From contig CDRNVI010000018.1 in NCBI GenBank assembly GCA_977017575.1, positions 248,001 to 312,000 of the forward strand: a stretch of 64,000 nucleotides of DNA. Reading direction: 5' to 3'. Positions 1 to 10,491 of this stretch are shown piece after piece. A model generated the notes under the pieces. It worked only from the letters and a program-made list of their open reading frames with translations. It searched no databases and was not told the DNA's origin. The stretch comes from Paramoeba atlantica. Lineage: Eukaryota > Protista > Discosea. Position numbers and translations under genes: made by a program. Position 1 is the first letter of the stretch. The number at the start of each line of letters is the position of its first letter.

Positions 1-293
1 AATCTTTCGAGCAGCACATACACGAGGTCCTGCAGAAATGGTGTGGCGCCGATGTCCAGGCACTCAAGCTTGCAGCGCTCCCGCAAAAACTAGGCGGATT
101 AGGCTTGATTTCTTGCACTCTGAAACAACAATATTACTTCGCAGCTGCCCGAGAATCTATTGAAGAGCAATTTGAACCCAATAACGCTCCGGTAGATTCA
201 GAGGGCAGCGGCAAGGTCAAAGCTAAAGCTCAGAGCCGCGCGGAAAAGGCCCGCAAATTTCTTAAAAAGAACCTGAGCCAAGCGCATGACAAG
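1..293 (+). mobile_element. CRE-clade LINE family A, internal fragment (5' half lies outside the window); interrupted at 293 by family B
   Basis: Matches 13040-13332 of the intact family A copy; resumes at 4152 after the TSD ATGACAAG (286-293 / 4152-4159). Confidence 0.9.
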
Positions 294-308
294 TTCTGTA
301 CCTTGTTG
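294..308 (+). other. Spliced-leader relic (SL nt 25-39)
   Basis: Exact match to the 3' 15 nt of the repeated 39-mer, immediately inside the TSD. Confidence 0.8.
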
Positions 309-335
309 ATTTTAATTTTCTATTTTTCTACGCTT

Positions 336-3300
336 ATGACACGCCTCTCTCGTACGTCTTCTCGTTTAGATTCCGAAAACACGCGGAAAAAGGGCAGCAG
401 AACAACAGTGAACAACGGGAAGTCTCACGGGAGAGTTGAAAAACAACGTACTCAACGAGATCAAAGCAAGACGAACGGAATAAAGGTAGCAGAAGAATCA
501 GGATCGCACACGGAGACACCAGTGAAGGTGAAGAAGACTCCAAAGATCAAGATAATAGGTTCCAAAACACTAGCCCCGAATTGGGCGGACCATGAGCCTC
601 CGTGTGAAATCACATCGCGGAATCTAATCAAAATCAAAGCCAAGAACTTCCGCATCGGATCTACGAGTCAATCACACGAGAACATAGCCCATGACGAAAA
701 CCATATCCAAGAGGACCCAGCCAAAGAAATGTCCGCAACAGAAAGCGAGACCAGTGATACAATGTGTCTGGACGACGATGGATCGACGCAAGATCGAGTA
801 CAGGAGCTAATGACACAGGCCGGCAACAAATCGCCCGACCAAGTGTACAACATCGTTTCCAAGTGGGGCAAGGGTACAGAATGTGTGATCGAATGGGGCT
901 TCCGACAGAACACTACAAACTACAAGTCAAACGGCATCGTTGTAGGCAGGACCGTGCGAAAATCAACCGTGAAAGTCAAGATTTCATACGAGCCGGCTCT
1001 AGGTCACGATGGTCCATGCGGTTTTCTTTATCTTCCACCGTCCAATAAAATCAGAATCTGTAACCTCCAAGCCACTAAGTTATTCAAAATCGAGATGCCG
1101 ACACAAAATTTGGAGGAACAAGCGGAGCACATCTCATGCGAAGACGGTCAGAGTGACCTTGATCCGCTCCCGCCTATGGCTCAAATAGACCCATCTTTCG
1201 CGGTTCATGTTGTGGCGATTTTCCGTGCGATAATTCGGGGATATGCAGCGGCGGAGCTTGACTCAGAAAAAGAGGCGATATGGCACAAATTTTTGAATGC
1301 GCCTCGCGATTCACTTGCGACAGTACGTCAAGCAATTCGACGAAACCAAAAAGTAGCTCATGTTCGCAACGACCGAGAAAACTTGGAAGCTAGCAACTTG
1401 AGTGCGGAACAACGGGCGGAGTTAGAAATTGACAGGCGTTCGATCAGGCACGCCCTACAGACGGCGCGGGCAGGAAACCTTGGCAAAGCAACTCGGATCC
1501 TGGACAATGTCTACAAGGAATCAGCCCTCACTCCTGAAGAAAAAGTGCGAAAGCTTCAACAACTTCATCCTGAAGGCGACGCCATACGAATCCCGGAAGC
1601 AGACTTCCCACGGACTGGCGTTGTTGAGAAATCAGAGGTTCGCCTAGCGACCGAAAAATTATCCAGAGGCGCTTCACCAGGACCAACCGGCCTGAGTGAA
1701 AGCATGATGCGACTGCTCGTAGACGACGAAGAGTCATGTCTTTCACTTTGCCACATGCTTCGGGATGTCATCAACGGCGAAGTTCCTCTGAATGTGCGAA
1801 AACGTCTAACCCGATGCAGAATCATCGCGCTAGCGAAACCTCAAAATGGAATTCGACCTATTGCGATGGGGGATACCATTCTGAAGATTTGCGGCTCCAT
1901 CCTTCTACAACGACATGAAAACGCTCTGCAAAATTTTTTCTCCCCAATTCAACGAGGCATTTTGCAAAAAAACGCATGTGAGTCCATCGTTCACGAACTT
2001 TTAAATGAATACGAAGAAGGACATGCTCTCCTCACCGTCGATTTTAGCAACGCGTATAATACACCACAACGCAACGCCATTGCTGAGGCACTCCTTGGTA
2101 ATCCCATTTTCAAGCCTTTCATGCGCCTATTCTACCTAGAATATGGGATTCCCTCTGAGCTGCTATTTTTTGCGCACAATGCTCTGTTTGCTACCATCGA
2201 AAGCTCTTCAGGAATTCGCCAAGGATCGGCACTTTCATCAATGTACTTCTGCGCACTTTTGCAAGGCCCGCTACGAGAACTCATGCACCTCTATCCTGAC
2301 GTGAAGATCCGAGCATACCAAGACGATGTGACTTTGAGCTCCAAAAACGTGCAAGCATTGGAGGCAGCTTTCTTTTACCTGCGTGAGATCGCCGCAGAGA
2401 TGAACCTCCGAATTAATTTCCAGAAATGCGATTGGTTTCAGAAGAACATTCCCAACATAGCTCAGCCTCCTCCGTTGGAAAAACTTGGAGTAAACTTTTG
2501 CAGTGATGCGATAAAAGTCTTAGGCGCATACGTAGGTACAGACCAAGTCGTGGAAAATCTGCTGATCAAGAAAATGGAGAAACACAAGTGCCTATTCCGC
2601 AGGTTGTTGCTTATGGGTCCCAGTAATTTGTCTCTTGCCATTCTCCGCCGTTGTACGATTCCACGGCACGATTACCATCTACGAGTACATCGGCCAGGCG
2701 CTACTTTCCAACTAGCACAATCCTTCGAGAACCAAGTAAACAAAGTTCTAGAAAAGTGGAGTGGAGCAGACGCAAACGCCCTGAAACTCGCCGCTCTACC
2801 ACAGAAACTCGGTGGCCTAGGCTTAATTTCCTCGACTCTGAAGCAAAAACATTTCTTCGAAACTGCCAGCAAATCTATTGATGAGCACCTTAAACCCAAT
2901 AACGCTCCGGTAGATCAGAAAGGCAGCGAAAAAGCTGTGAAACAACCGCAAAGTCGAGGAGAGGCAGCGCGCAAGCTATTGAAAAAGAAGCTAAGTGCAG
3001 AACACGATAAACAGATAACTGAGCTGCAGAAGGATTCTCACATGGGACTTTTATTGAAGCGTACAAAGGAATCAAACATGCATTTAGAAAGCACCAGCAA
3101 TTATGTAAACCCGTACCTCTTCCGATACACTTTGATGATGCGTTTGGGCATCGGATTACATAACGCACCGGCCGATGTTATATGCCCTGGATGCTGTGGC
3201 CATGAATCTCCTACCAGCATTATACCACACGTCGCAGGATGCTCCCGGTGCTCGGGCATGAATTGCACCAGAAAGCACTCACACATAGTGAGGTACCTCG

Positions 3301-3824
3301 CAGATTTGTGCTCCAAAGCTGGTCTCCCTTGTATTATCGAACCGCGCATCCATTCTTCGTTTTTCTGTACTAAGTGCAAGTGTTCCATCTCAGCGGAAGT
3401 AGCTGAACATCATCCTTGCAAAGCCCGCAGAATCCGATCCGGTCCTGATCTTGCTATTATGTGGCCCCACATGGGGGAGGTCCTGTATGATTTTACCGTT
3501 GTTCACACTTGTTGCAGCAGCTATGCCAAACAAACAAGTACAGCGCTGATGCAGCACGTGCTCGACAAGAAATTCAAGAAGTACGTTACGGAGAAAGGCG
3601 TAGAAAGCGACTCTTTTCGTTGCCTGGCCGCCTCTGACTGCGGTCTTCTGCACAACGACACCAAAACCCTCCTCAAGGCATTATCCCAACGAGCCAAACA
3701 AAAGTACGAAGACGTACGTGAGGCCTTCCAACTCGAGATAGAAAAGCTAGCAGCGTATACTATTGTATCGCAGCTCCGCGAGTATATTCCAGAAGCACAT
3801 TGGATTGGTGGACTGCGTCAGTGA
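336..3824 (+). CDS. RT + CCHC knuckle + RLE endonuclease polyprotein (family B)
   Basis: True ATG at 336 (MTRLSR, homologous to MTRLAH of family A). RT motifs IRPIAMG, VDFSNAYN, GIRQGS, YQDD; CPGC..HVAGC; RSGPDL..YDFTV..KFKKY. Confidence 0.9.
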   Translation: MTRLSRTSSRLDSENTRKKGSRTTVNNGKSHGRVEKQRTQRDQSKTNGIKVAEESGSHTETPVKVKKTPKIKIIGSKTLAPNWADHEPPCEITSRNLIKIKAKNFRIGSTSQSHENIAHDENHIQEDPAKEMSATESETSDTMCLDDDGSTQDRVQELMTQAGNKSPDQVYNIVSKWGKGTECVIEWGFRQNTTNYKSNGIVVGRTVRKSTVKVKISYEPALGHDGPCGFLYLPPSNKIRICNLQATKLFKIEMPTQNLEEQAEHISCEDGQSDLDPLPPMAQIDPSFAVHVVAIFRAIIRGYAAAELDSEKEAIWHKFLNAPRDSLATVRQAIRRNQKVAHVRNDRENLEASNLSAEQRAELEIDRRSIRHALQTARAGNLGKATRILDNVYKESALTPEEKVRKLQQLHPEGDAIRIPEADFPRTGVVEKSEVRLATEKLSRGASPGPTGLSESMMRLLVDDEESCLSLCHMLRDVINGEVPLNVRKRLTRCRIIALAKPQNGIRPIAMGDTILKICGSILLQRHENALQNFFSPIQRGILQKNACESIVHELLNEYEEGHALLTVDFSNAYNTPQRNAIAEALLGNPIFKPFMRLFYLEYGIPSELLFFAHNALFATIESSSGIRQGSALSSMYFCALLQGPLRELMHLYPDVKIRAYQDDVTLSSKNVQALEAAFFYLREIAAEMNLRINFQKCDWFQKNIPNIAQPPPLEKLGVNFCSDAIKVLGAYVGTDQVVENLLIKKMEKHKCLFRRLLLMGPSNLSLAILRRCTIPRHDYHLRVHRPGATFQLAQSFENQVNKVLEKWSGADANALKLAALPQKLGGLGLISSTLKQKHFFETASKSIDEHLKPNNAPVDQKGSEKAVKQPQSRGEAARKLLKKKLSAEHDKQITELQKDSHMGLLLKRTKESNMHLESTSNYVNPYLFRYTLMMRLGIGLHNAPADVICPGCCGHESPTSIIPHVAGCSRCSGMNCTRKHSHIVRYLADLCSKAGLPCIIEPRIHSSFFCTKCKCSISAEVAEHHPCKARRIRSGPDLAIMWPHMGEVLYDFTVVHTCCSSYAKQTSTALMQHVLDKKFKKYVTEKGVESDSFRCLAASDCGLLHNDTKTLLKALSQRAKQKYEDVREAFQLEIEKLAAYTIVSQLREYIPEAHWIGGLRQ

Positions 3825-4151
3825 GTCGACCAACAAGTTCGCACATTAGAAAAGCTCTTAAAAGTTCTTATTATTATTCACAACGATTATCCGTGTTTAG
3901 AATGCCTGCGAGATTTAGGATAATACGAACGATCTTTGGGAGAAGGCTCAGAAAAAAAAAAAAAAATTTAGGATGATTGATATAATGGCCCTTGGGGGCA
4001 CATAATATTTATATTATGAGATATGATTTGTTTGTTTTGTTTAAAAGTTGAAGGCATTTTTGGCGTCAATGGAAAGAATGACGTGTCCAGACTTAAAAAA
4101 GATCATGTATTACGAACTCTCGTGATAAGCCAAAAAAAAAAAAAAAAAAAA

Positions 4152-5097
4152 ATGACAAGCAATTAATTGAAGTGCAAAAAGACTCAACCTTAACAAATAT
4201 CTTGAAGCGCACCAAGGAAGCTAATTTTCACCTCGAACATACAAGTAACTACGTTAACCCGTATCTTTTCAGATACACGCTCATGATGCGCTTGGGAATC
4301 GGCGTGCCAAAAGCACCGACCAAAATGATTTGCCCTGGATGTTCGAATCAAGAATCTCCTTCAACCATCCTTCCCCACGTTGCTGGATGTTCCCGTTGCT
4401 CCGGCATGAACTCTACCCGCAAGCATTCACACATAGTCCGTTATCTCGCAGAGTTATGCTCAAAAGCAGGCCTTCCTAGTGTTATCGAACCGCGCATTTA
4501 CTCTTCGTACCACTGCACAAAATGTAAGTGCACGATTTCCGCAGAAGTCGCCGAGCAACATCCTTGCAAAGCCCGCCGCATTCGTTCCGGCCCAGATCTT
4601 GCCATCATGTGGCCTCACATCGGTGAGGTGCTCTATGATTTTACAGTGGTTCACACGTGCTGTACTAGCTATGCCAAACAAACCAGCTCTGCCCTCATGC
4701 AACAGGTCGCCGACAGAAAGTACAAGAAATATGTGGTTGAGAAAGGCGTCGACAGCGATTCATTCAAATGTCTGGCCGCAACAGATTGCGGCCTGCTACA
4801 TGTTGATACAAAGGCCCTATTAAAGGCTCTCTCACAAAGAGCGAAGCTGAACTATGATAACGTGCGCAACGCGTTCCAACTCGAGATTGAGAAGATGTCC
4901 GCTTACACGATAGTATCTCAACTCAGAGACTACATCCCGGCAGAGAAATGGATGGGAGGACTTCGGTTGTAAGAAGTCAGCGGACACGTCTATCTGGAAT
5001 ATTTATATTTATTTATTTATTTATTTATTTATGAGAAGCGAACTCATGTCACAAGCGAAAAGCATTTCTAGAATGCTTAAATCATAATTCGATGCTA
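4152..5097 (+). mobile_element. CRE family A, 3' half (RLE domain + 3' UTR with (ATTT)n)
   Basis: Near-identical to 13325-14268; ORF 4172..4972 encodes the CCHC and RLE domains. Confidence 0.9.
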
Positions 5098-5306
5098 CTT
5101 CTAATTGGTTTCATTTTATTTATTCTTGTTCATTATGTATTTGATTGCTTTTTTTATAAGACAACTCACCGTCGAAATCACGTCTGTGTCACGTTTACTT
5201 TCTTATTGTATGAAGGACGTGGTTCCAGCTCTTTCCTAATATCAAACACGCTGCCTTCTTTGTCTGCGACGCTGCCCTCACTGTCAAGTGACGAGTATTC
5301 AAAAAA

Positions 5307-5339
5307 TTAAGACCACTTTTTGTATTAAGACCACTTTTT
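5307..5339 (+). repeat. Two-unit 18-bp repeat TTAAGACCACTTTTTGTA
   Basis: Direct reading; related to the larger AAGACCATC-Tn-GT arrays. Confidence 0.7.
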
Positions 5340-5449
5340 CTTTTAGAAGGTGTTTCGTGTCGTTGTGTAACACACCGCAGTCTGTCACGGCAATGCAACG
5401 AAAGGAGTCACTGTCCACGCCTTTCTCTGCCAAGTATGTGTAAAAAAAG

Positions 5450-5485
5450 CTTTAACGATAAAGATACAGTTTCTGTACCTTGTTG
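5450..5485 (+). other. Spliced-leader relic (SL nt 4-39), preceded by A7G
   Basis: CTTTAACGATAAAGATACAGTTTCTGTACCTTGTTG, 33 nt upstream of the ORF1 ATG. Confidence 0.85.
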
Positions 5486-5518
5486 GTTTACTGTTCTCGA
5501 CAAAAGTTTCTCGACAAA

Positions 5519-6424
5519 ATGACCGTAATCGACATTCCTTTGACAGCCCGACGGTCATCACGCAGTGCTTCTCCGGCCTCTGAGCCGCTCGTGCCTACCG
5601 AGCCGCTTAGTCAGCAGGAGTTAAGTTTGGTTTGTACAGTGGCAAGGGAGAAATTGTTGTTCAAAAAATCGGTACAAGTGCGTGCGATCTTTCGACGGAA
5701 AGATGATTTAAATGGTGGTCGACAGACTGTGATGGGAAAGTTGCGAAAGGATGGCCTGGATTTATGGGCGGTGTGGGAGGACAAACCGTCCAAGGAGTTT
5801 TTTTTTTTCCAAGGAGTACCAGTTTCCTCATCCGGATTTGGATTATTATGAGCTCAACATTATCGAAGATCGAGAACTACCACCCGCTCTTATTGAGAAC
5901 TCTTCCCAATTACTCACCGATGAAACGCATCAGCTGGGCTCACGTAATGAGGCTGCCGGCATGCAAGAGGTAATTGGGGGGAGAACTGGTGCCGCACCAA
6001 TTTCAGAGGCTTTACGGGAAGGCAGATTACTCGACCCGAATGCTTTGAACGCCTACGAACCTTTGACTTACGAGCCTTGGATTAATGCGGCGGATGAAGA
6101 TGGTTTTCGCACTAGGGACCTGATTCGCGAGCTTCGGGATGCGCCTGAGTTTGGTTTACGCGTTAATCAGTTTTATTATGATCGCACGTTTATTAAGCAG
6201 CAAGAGCGTTTGTTTAATTCTGTATTTTGCAAGTGGATTATTTTTGCGCGTTTGATACCCAACTGGAATGAAGGTGTGTACCTCGAAATGGGACGTGGGA
6301 TTGTGCAGACACTTCGTGACGCGTACTGGCGAGCACGCCGCGTAGATGTGGACTTGGTCCATCAAAAAATGGAGAAGGATATCCGTCCGGACGACAAGTT
6401 TTATTATTCAACATGGGCACAAAT

Positions 6425-6461
<37 letters not shown>

Positions 6462-6470
6462 CTGATATAA
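5519..6470 (+). pseudogene. VIPER-like ORF1 (gag-like), frameshifted by a poly(T) micro-insertion
   Basis: ORFs 5480..5851 and 5751..6470 join when 5799-5817 is removed. DLIRELRDAPEFG..LRDAYW aligns with ELVRELREYPQFG..LRNAYW of 62484..63998. Confidence 0.75.
6424..6462 (+). repeat. (AAC)n microsatellite terminating ORF1
   Basis: Direct reading, about 13 units. Confidence 0.85.
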
Positions 6471-6519
6471 TCAGTTAAGGGGTTAATATTTTCCCTTAAA
6501 CATTTTTTCTTTTTTTATA

Positions 6520-6947
6520 GAAATCCACGCCGAGGGGCTCCATGAAAACATATACGTAAACAAACAAATATAAGTAAACAAATATGACTAATATAATCAC
6601 ACATCCAAATCGTCCCGAAATCCAAGAACGTATAGTAGATAGAATTCACACGCTTATACCTCGTTCAAAAGAAAGCCTGCATAAAACCAAAAATCATATG
6701 TCACGTTGTTAACGGGGTTCCCCCCCACCGGAACCCTCGGCCAAATGGCTGGGGGCTTGGTGGGTGGGCACAAAAACTTAAACGTAGTACGACTAACAAC
6801 CTAACAAGGATATATAAGAAATAGTAGAATATCCAATCCATGTAATTATAGAACACAAATCATAATTTGAAGAAATTATGTGCCCCGAAGGGCCAGCAGG
6901 CAAATACATAACAGCCCCTCGGCTAAATTTCAAAACGTGGACTATTA
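6520..6947. mobile_element. 428-bp non-autonomous repeat (GAAAT...CTATTA), copy 1
   Basis: Conserved ends and internal blocks shared with 17210-17629 (opposite strand), 57332-57793, 57794-58023 and 45176-45252. Confidence 0.75.
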
Positions 6948-7044
6948 CGATCTATAACTTTTCTCTCTCCGTATCCCCCTAACGGGGATTCTGACTTTCT
7001 TCACTCACTTTTCAAATCGCGAGGAATTGGGTGGCCCGAATGTC

Positions 7045-7640
7045 GCTGCTGGTTGTCATCCGTTGAAGTCGTGGCGCAGAAAACCTCACGAGCGAATTCA
7101 CAAATGGTCCGAGCAGAAAGAAATTTTAGAGGCTCAAGAACTCTCTGCAAATCCACTGCCGAGAGATGCGGTCCGGTACATCGAGAATACACCGATTTTC
7201 GTTTCCTGAGCAGAAAAGGATTTTTGGCGCTCGAAAGAAACGCAAACATGATGTTAACCCAACGTCCAATACGCAAACTCTGCGCAGCAGCTTTACGAAT
7301 TGTACCTGTCGTCACGCACGTCGACTTGTCCCTCGGCACTTCGACATCCGTTGAAATCATAGCGCAAAGAACCCCGCAAAGAATGATTTGGCACATGGTC
7401 CGAGCAGAAAGAGATTTTAAAGGCTCAAGAACTATTTGCGACACATCCGTTGCCGAGATATGCGAACCTGCCCACCGAGAATACACCAACGCATTCTGTT
7501 TCCTGAGCAGAAAAGGACTTTTGGCGCTCGAAAGAAACATAAACTTGATGTCATTCCAATGACCGATCCACACAAATTGTGCAACAACTCCATGGATTTC
7601 GTCGAACAATTCCCACGTTGACGTGTCCGAAGGCACTCTA
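7045..7640. repeat. Degenerate duplication of about 290 bp with internal GAGCAGAAA sub-repeats
   Basis: 7050-7340 and 7345-7640 are similar (ATGGTCCGAGCAGAAAGA; TTTCCTGAGCAGAAAAGGA). Confidence 0.7.
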
Positions 7641-7788
7641 CTTCCTCGAAATCCTCCACGTACTCCGATCGTCGCTTGCGGCGCCCCAGCGCCCAGGTAC
7701 ATAAAAGTGAAGGTTGTCAGAATAAGAAAAAGAAAAACATCAACAAACAGTTTTAATAATAAAATAACTAAAACAGTTTTATCATCAC

Positions 7789-8037
7789 GTGAATGATCAA
7801 TTGGTTGAGCGACAGAAGCAATATGCACGTGTTCAGTCTTTCTCTGCTCCACCATCTATGCAAGTTTCGCGTCCCAATCAGTTCCCACCGCGACATAATG
7901 CATATCCTCCACGACGAAATTTATTATGCTTTGGATGTCGGTCGCCTGATCACATTTGGCGCAACTGCCCGAAGCGATTCCAGCAGGATTTTCGAGGACG
8001 GGTGGCTGGCCCTGCCCACAGCAGCAAGAGTTTCTGA
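7789..8037 (+). CDS. Gag-type CCHC zinc-knuckle fragment of the VIPER-like element
   Basis: CFGCRSPDHIWRNC = C-x2-C-x4-H-x4-C. Confidence 0.7.
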   Translation: MNDQLVERQKQYARVQSFSAPPSMQVSRPNQFPPRHNAYPPRRNLLCFGCRSPDHIWRNCPKRFQQDFRGRVAGPAHSSKSF

Positions 8038-8342
8038 CAAAACCACACCCTAACGGCCAGTTCTATAGTAACATTCAAACGAAACAGAACGACACTTTTA
8101 ATGCAAGTTCCCAAAAGGAGAAGAGTGGAAGAGAACATTGTACCAGTGGATGTTCGCAATGTGCAGAATTTATCAGGGAGATACGTGAGATGCGAGATTT
8201 TTAGATGTTTAGATGCGAGAATTTTAGATGTGAGATGCGATTTTTCTTTTTTTTTTTTTTTTTGAGATGCGAGAATTTTTACGGCGGAACTTTGAGTTTG
8301 CAAGTAGCGGATACGGCGCGCGGAAATCTAGTGAAATTACTA

Positions 8343-9207
8343 ATGGGGGTCACAGCAATGACCCCGGAAATCAGGCAGGCATTGGATGCGATGGGAAATA
8401 TGTGGAGCGCATCGACTTGGCAGGCGAGGGCAAGGTTGTGGGAAAGGTTGACGGCCTTTTGTCATTGGAAACAAATCGAAATCACCCCAATTCATGCAGT
8501 AACTTTCATCGCAAGTTTACCAATCAAAATCCAAGGAAAGTTGTCATACGCCCGAAGTTTGGCGTCCCTACTCAACTTAGCCGGCAAGGGAACGAACCCG
8601 CTACGTTTTTACATCAAGTCACTCATGGCGGAGGGTGCGACGGAGCCGTCAAATGGCGCCACTAACGCCGGAGTTACTGAAACAATTGTGGAACCACCTT
8701 CCTCACAGCGAAAGACATACGTTGCTGCTTTGTTGTTGGAAGGCGGCAAGCCGGTGGTCCGAGACAGCGATGCTCACACGCGACAGATTCCACGAAGTGT
8801 CTTCGACAAGAATCGTGATATGGTGGGGCAGACAGACCAAAGCATCGCGGTACAACCCGTATCGAGCGTCAATGTATACGGTTGTGGAAGGGCCGGGCAC
8901 GGATCGTCTAGCGGATTACATAACAAAGCTGGGGCAGTTGCAGCCGATGTCAAGAACATCGGTATCCGAAGTGGATGCGAAGATACGCCGAATTCTGGGG
9001 ACAGGTTTCGGCTCACACTCAGCGAAACGAGGAGCTATAACACAGCTGTTTGCGGAAGTAGTGAAGAGCAATACGCGCCTCGAGGAAGTACAACGATTAG
9101 CAAAGCATCAGTCCCTCGATTCGCTTCTTCGATACAACGCCGACCCGGTTACCACCGCGTTGGTGTTGGGCACGCAGAAAGCAACCAGCAAGTTACGGAT
9201 CATGTAG
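8343..9207 (+). pseudogene. Tyrosine recombinase of VIPER-like copy 1, one frameshift near 8650
   Basis: Catalytic set AASRW (R), HSAKRG (H..R), KH..LLRY (H, Y). The N-terminal MWSASTW block is in another frame, but is contiguous in copy 2. Confidence 0.85.
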
Positions 9208-10451
9208 AGGCAAGTAAAATTTTTCGTAAGTTCTTGGATGACATACCACAGGAAAAGGTGCGTCACACTATTACCAGAACGCGAAGGACGTCAAAGGTCG
9301 CGTTACCGAAGGATTATTCTATTCCATTGCATATCAAGCAGGGTATTCCCCGGATGTCGGTTAAGAAGTTGAGAGAAATGATGAATGAGGCGACTGGTGA
9401 TCGATTCGATGAGACATTGGAGACTTTATTACGTTTACCGGAACAGGCATCCACCATTCCGCTATATAAGTCGTTTTTGCCGCACAATGACATAAAGGAA
9501 TTAGCAGCGGCGGGTTTCATTTCCAGAGTATCAGACGAAGAAGCTAAGGTGCGGCCGTCTTTGGATTGGGTGATACCTTTCACAGTGGTGGAACCTGGTG
9601 AACATGAACATTCCGAACGTCGTCGTTTTATAGCGTGGACGCAGGCAGATAATGATCGCATTAAGGAAATATATGAACCGTATGTCCCCGTTAGACATGC
9701 AGCGTATTATCTGCACCGCGCCAAAGAAGAAAGTGCCGTCAAACGGGATTTGGCGTGTGGGTTTTGGCAGGTCGCAATACCAGAGGAAAGTCGTCAAAAG
9801 TTTCGCTTTAAAGACGCAAAAGGGGATCTATACGAATTGACTGTAATGCCCATGGGGCATCGTTGCGCTCCCGAGTTAATGCACACCTTGACAGCAACTC
9901 TAGCAGGTGACAGAAATTACTGTACCGAAAAGCACGCGTTCTTTTATTCCGGACTGGACGTTTATATTGATGGTATCCGTTTTGCCGCGCGGGATGAGAT
10001 AGCAAATAAGTACGCTCGTTTTGTGGATGATAGAGCAGACAGATTAAATGCCTTGTTTAAAGATCGTGGAGAGCCGCCCGCACAGATTTACACATTCAAT
10101 GGAATCAAGTATTTTCATAGACAAGGGAAAGTGGCTTTAGGAGACAAAATTTCGCGGCGATTGCGACAGGATGACTTTGCTGCAGCCACTTATGCATCTT
10201 TGGAATCGGGGGTAGGCCGCCTTATTTTCGCCTCCGCTGTAATGGGTGTTCACCTTCCTCACTATCACTTGGAAATGAAAATTGTTCGTCGTCGGATTAA
10301 TAATCTAAATCGCGACCCTACTTTGCTGGATAAGCCCGTTTCCTTACCGACACCGGTGCGAATCGCACTTTCGGAGTGGCGAGATAAGCTGTTGTATAAA
10401 ACTCCCGTCGATCCACCTCCACACCCAGACACGGTGCCGCATAACTATAAA
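9208..10451 (+). CDS. Reverse transcriptase of VIPER-like copy 1 (C-terminal part of ORF 8205..10481), interrupted by family A
   Basis: RRRFIAW, KRDLACGFWQV, MPMGHRCAP, YIDG; homologous to 60174..61205. Confidence 0.85.
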
Positions 10452-10467
10452 TTTCTGTACCTTGTTG
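10452..10467 (+). other. Spliced-leader relic (SL nt 24-39)
   Basis: TTTCTGTACCTTGTTG just inside the left TSD. Confidence 0.8.
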
Positions 10468-10491
10468 GCTTTTTTTTTTGATTTAATCGCT

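Larger units (their letters stand above)
294..4151 (+). mobile_element. CRE-clade non-LTR retrotransposon family B, full length, nested in family A
   Basis: Begins with SL fragment TTCTGTACCTTGTTG, ends in A20 (4132-4151), flanked by the 8-bp TSD ATGACAAG. Confidence 0.9.

Noticed and set aside
105-335. N-terminal 77 aa of the 1239-aa ORF
   Set aside because: Chance in-frame read-through from family A across the insertion junction and SL relic; the true family B start is ATG 336.
5450-5520. Intact SL RNA gene (only copy followed by GT)
   Set aside because: It lacks nt 1-3, I see no Sm-site-like motif or T-tract terminator, there is no shared upstream promoter, and an ORF1 ATG follows after 33 nt.
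7027-7562. Stop-codon reassignment suggested by a repeated in-frame TGA
   Set aside because: Many ORFs over 1000 aa in the window read through in the standard code and end at TAA, TAG or TGA; the TGA is better explained by frameshifts.
8205-8660. Natural YR-RT fusion protein (758 aa)
   Set aside because: The YR N-terminus is in the RT frame only because of a frameshift near 8650; copy 2 has the YR halves contiguous in one frame.
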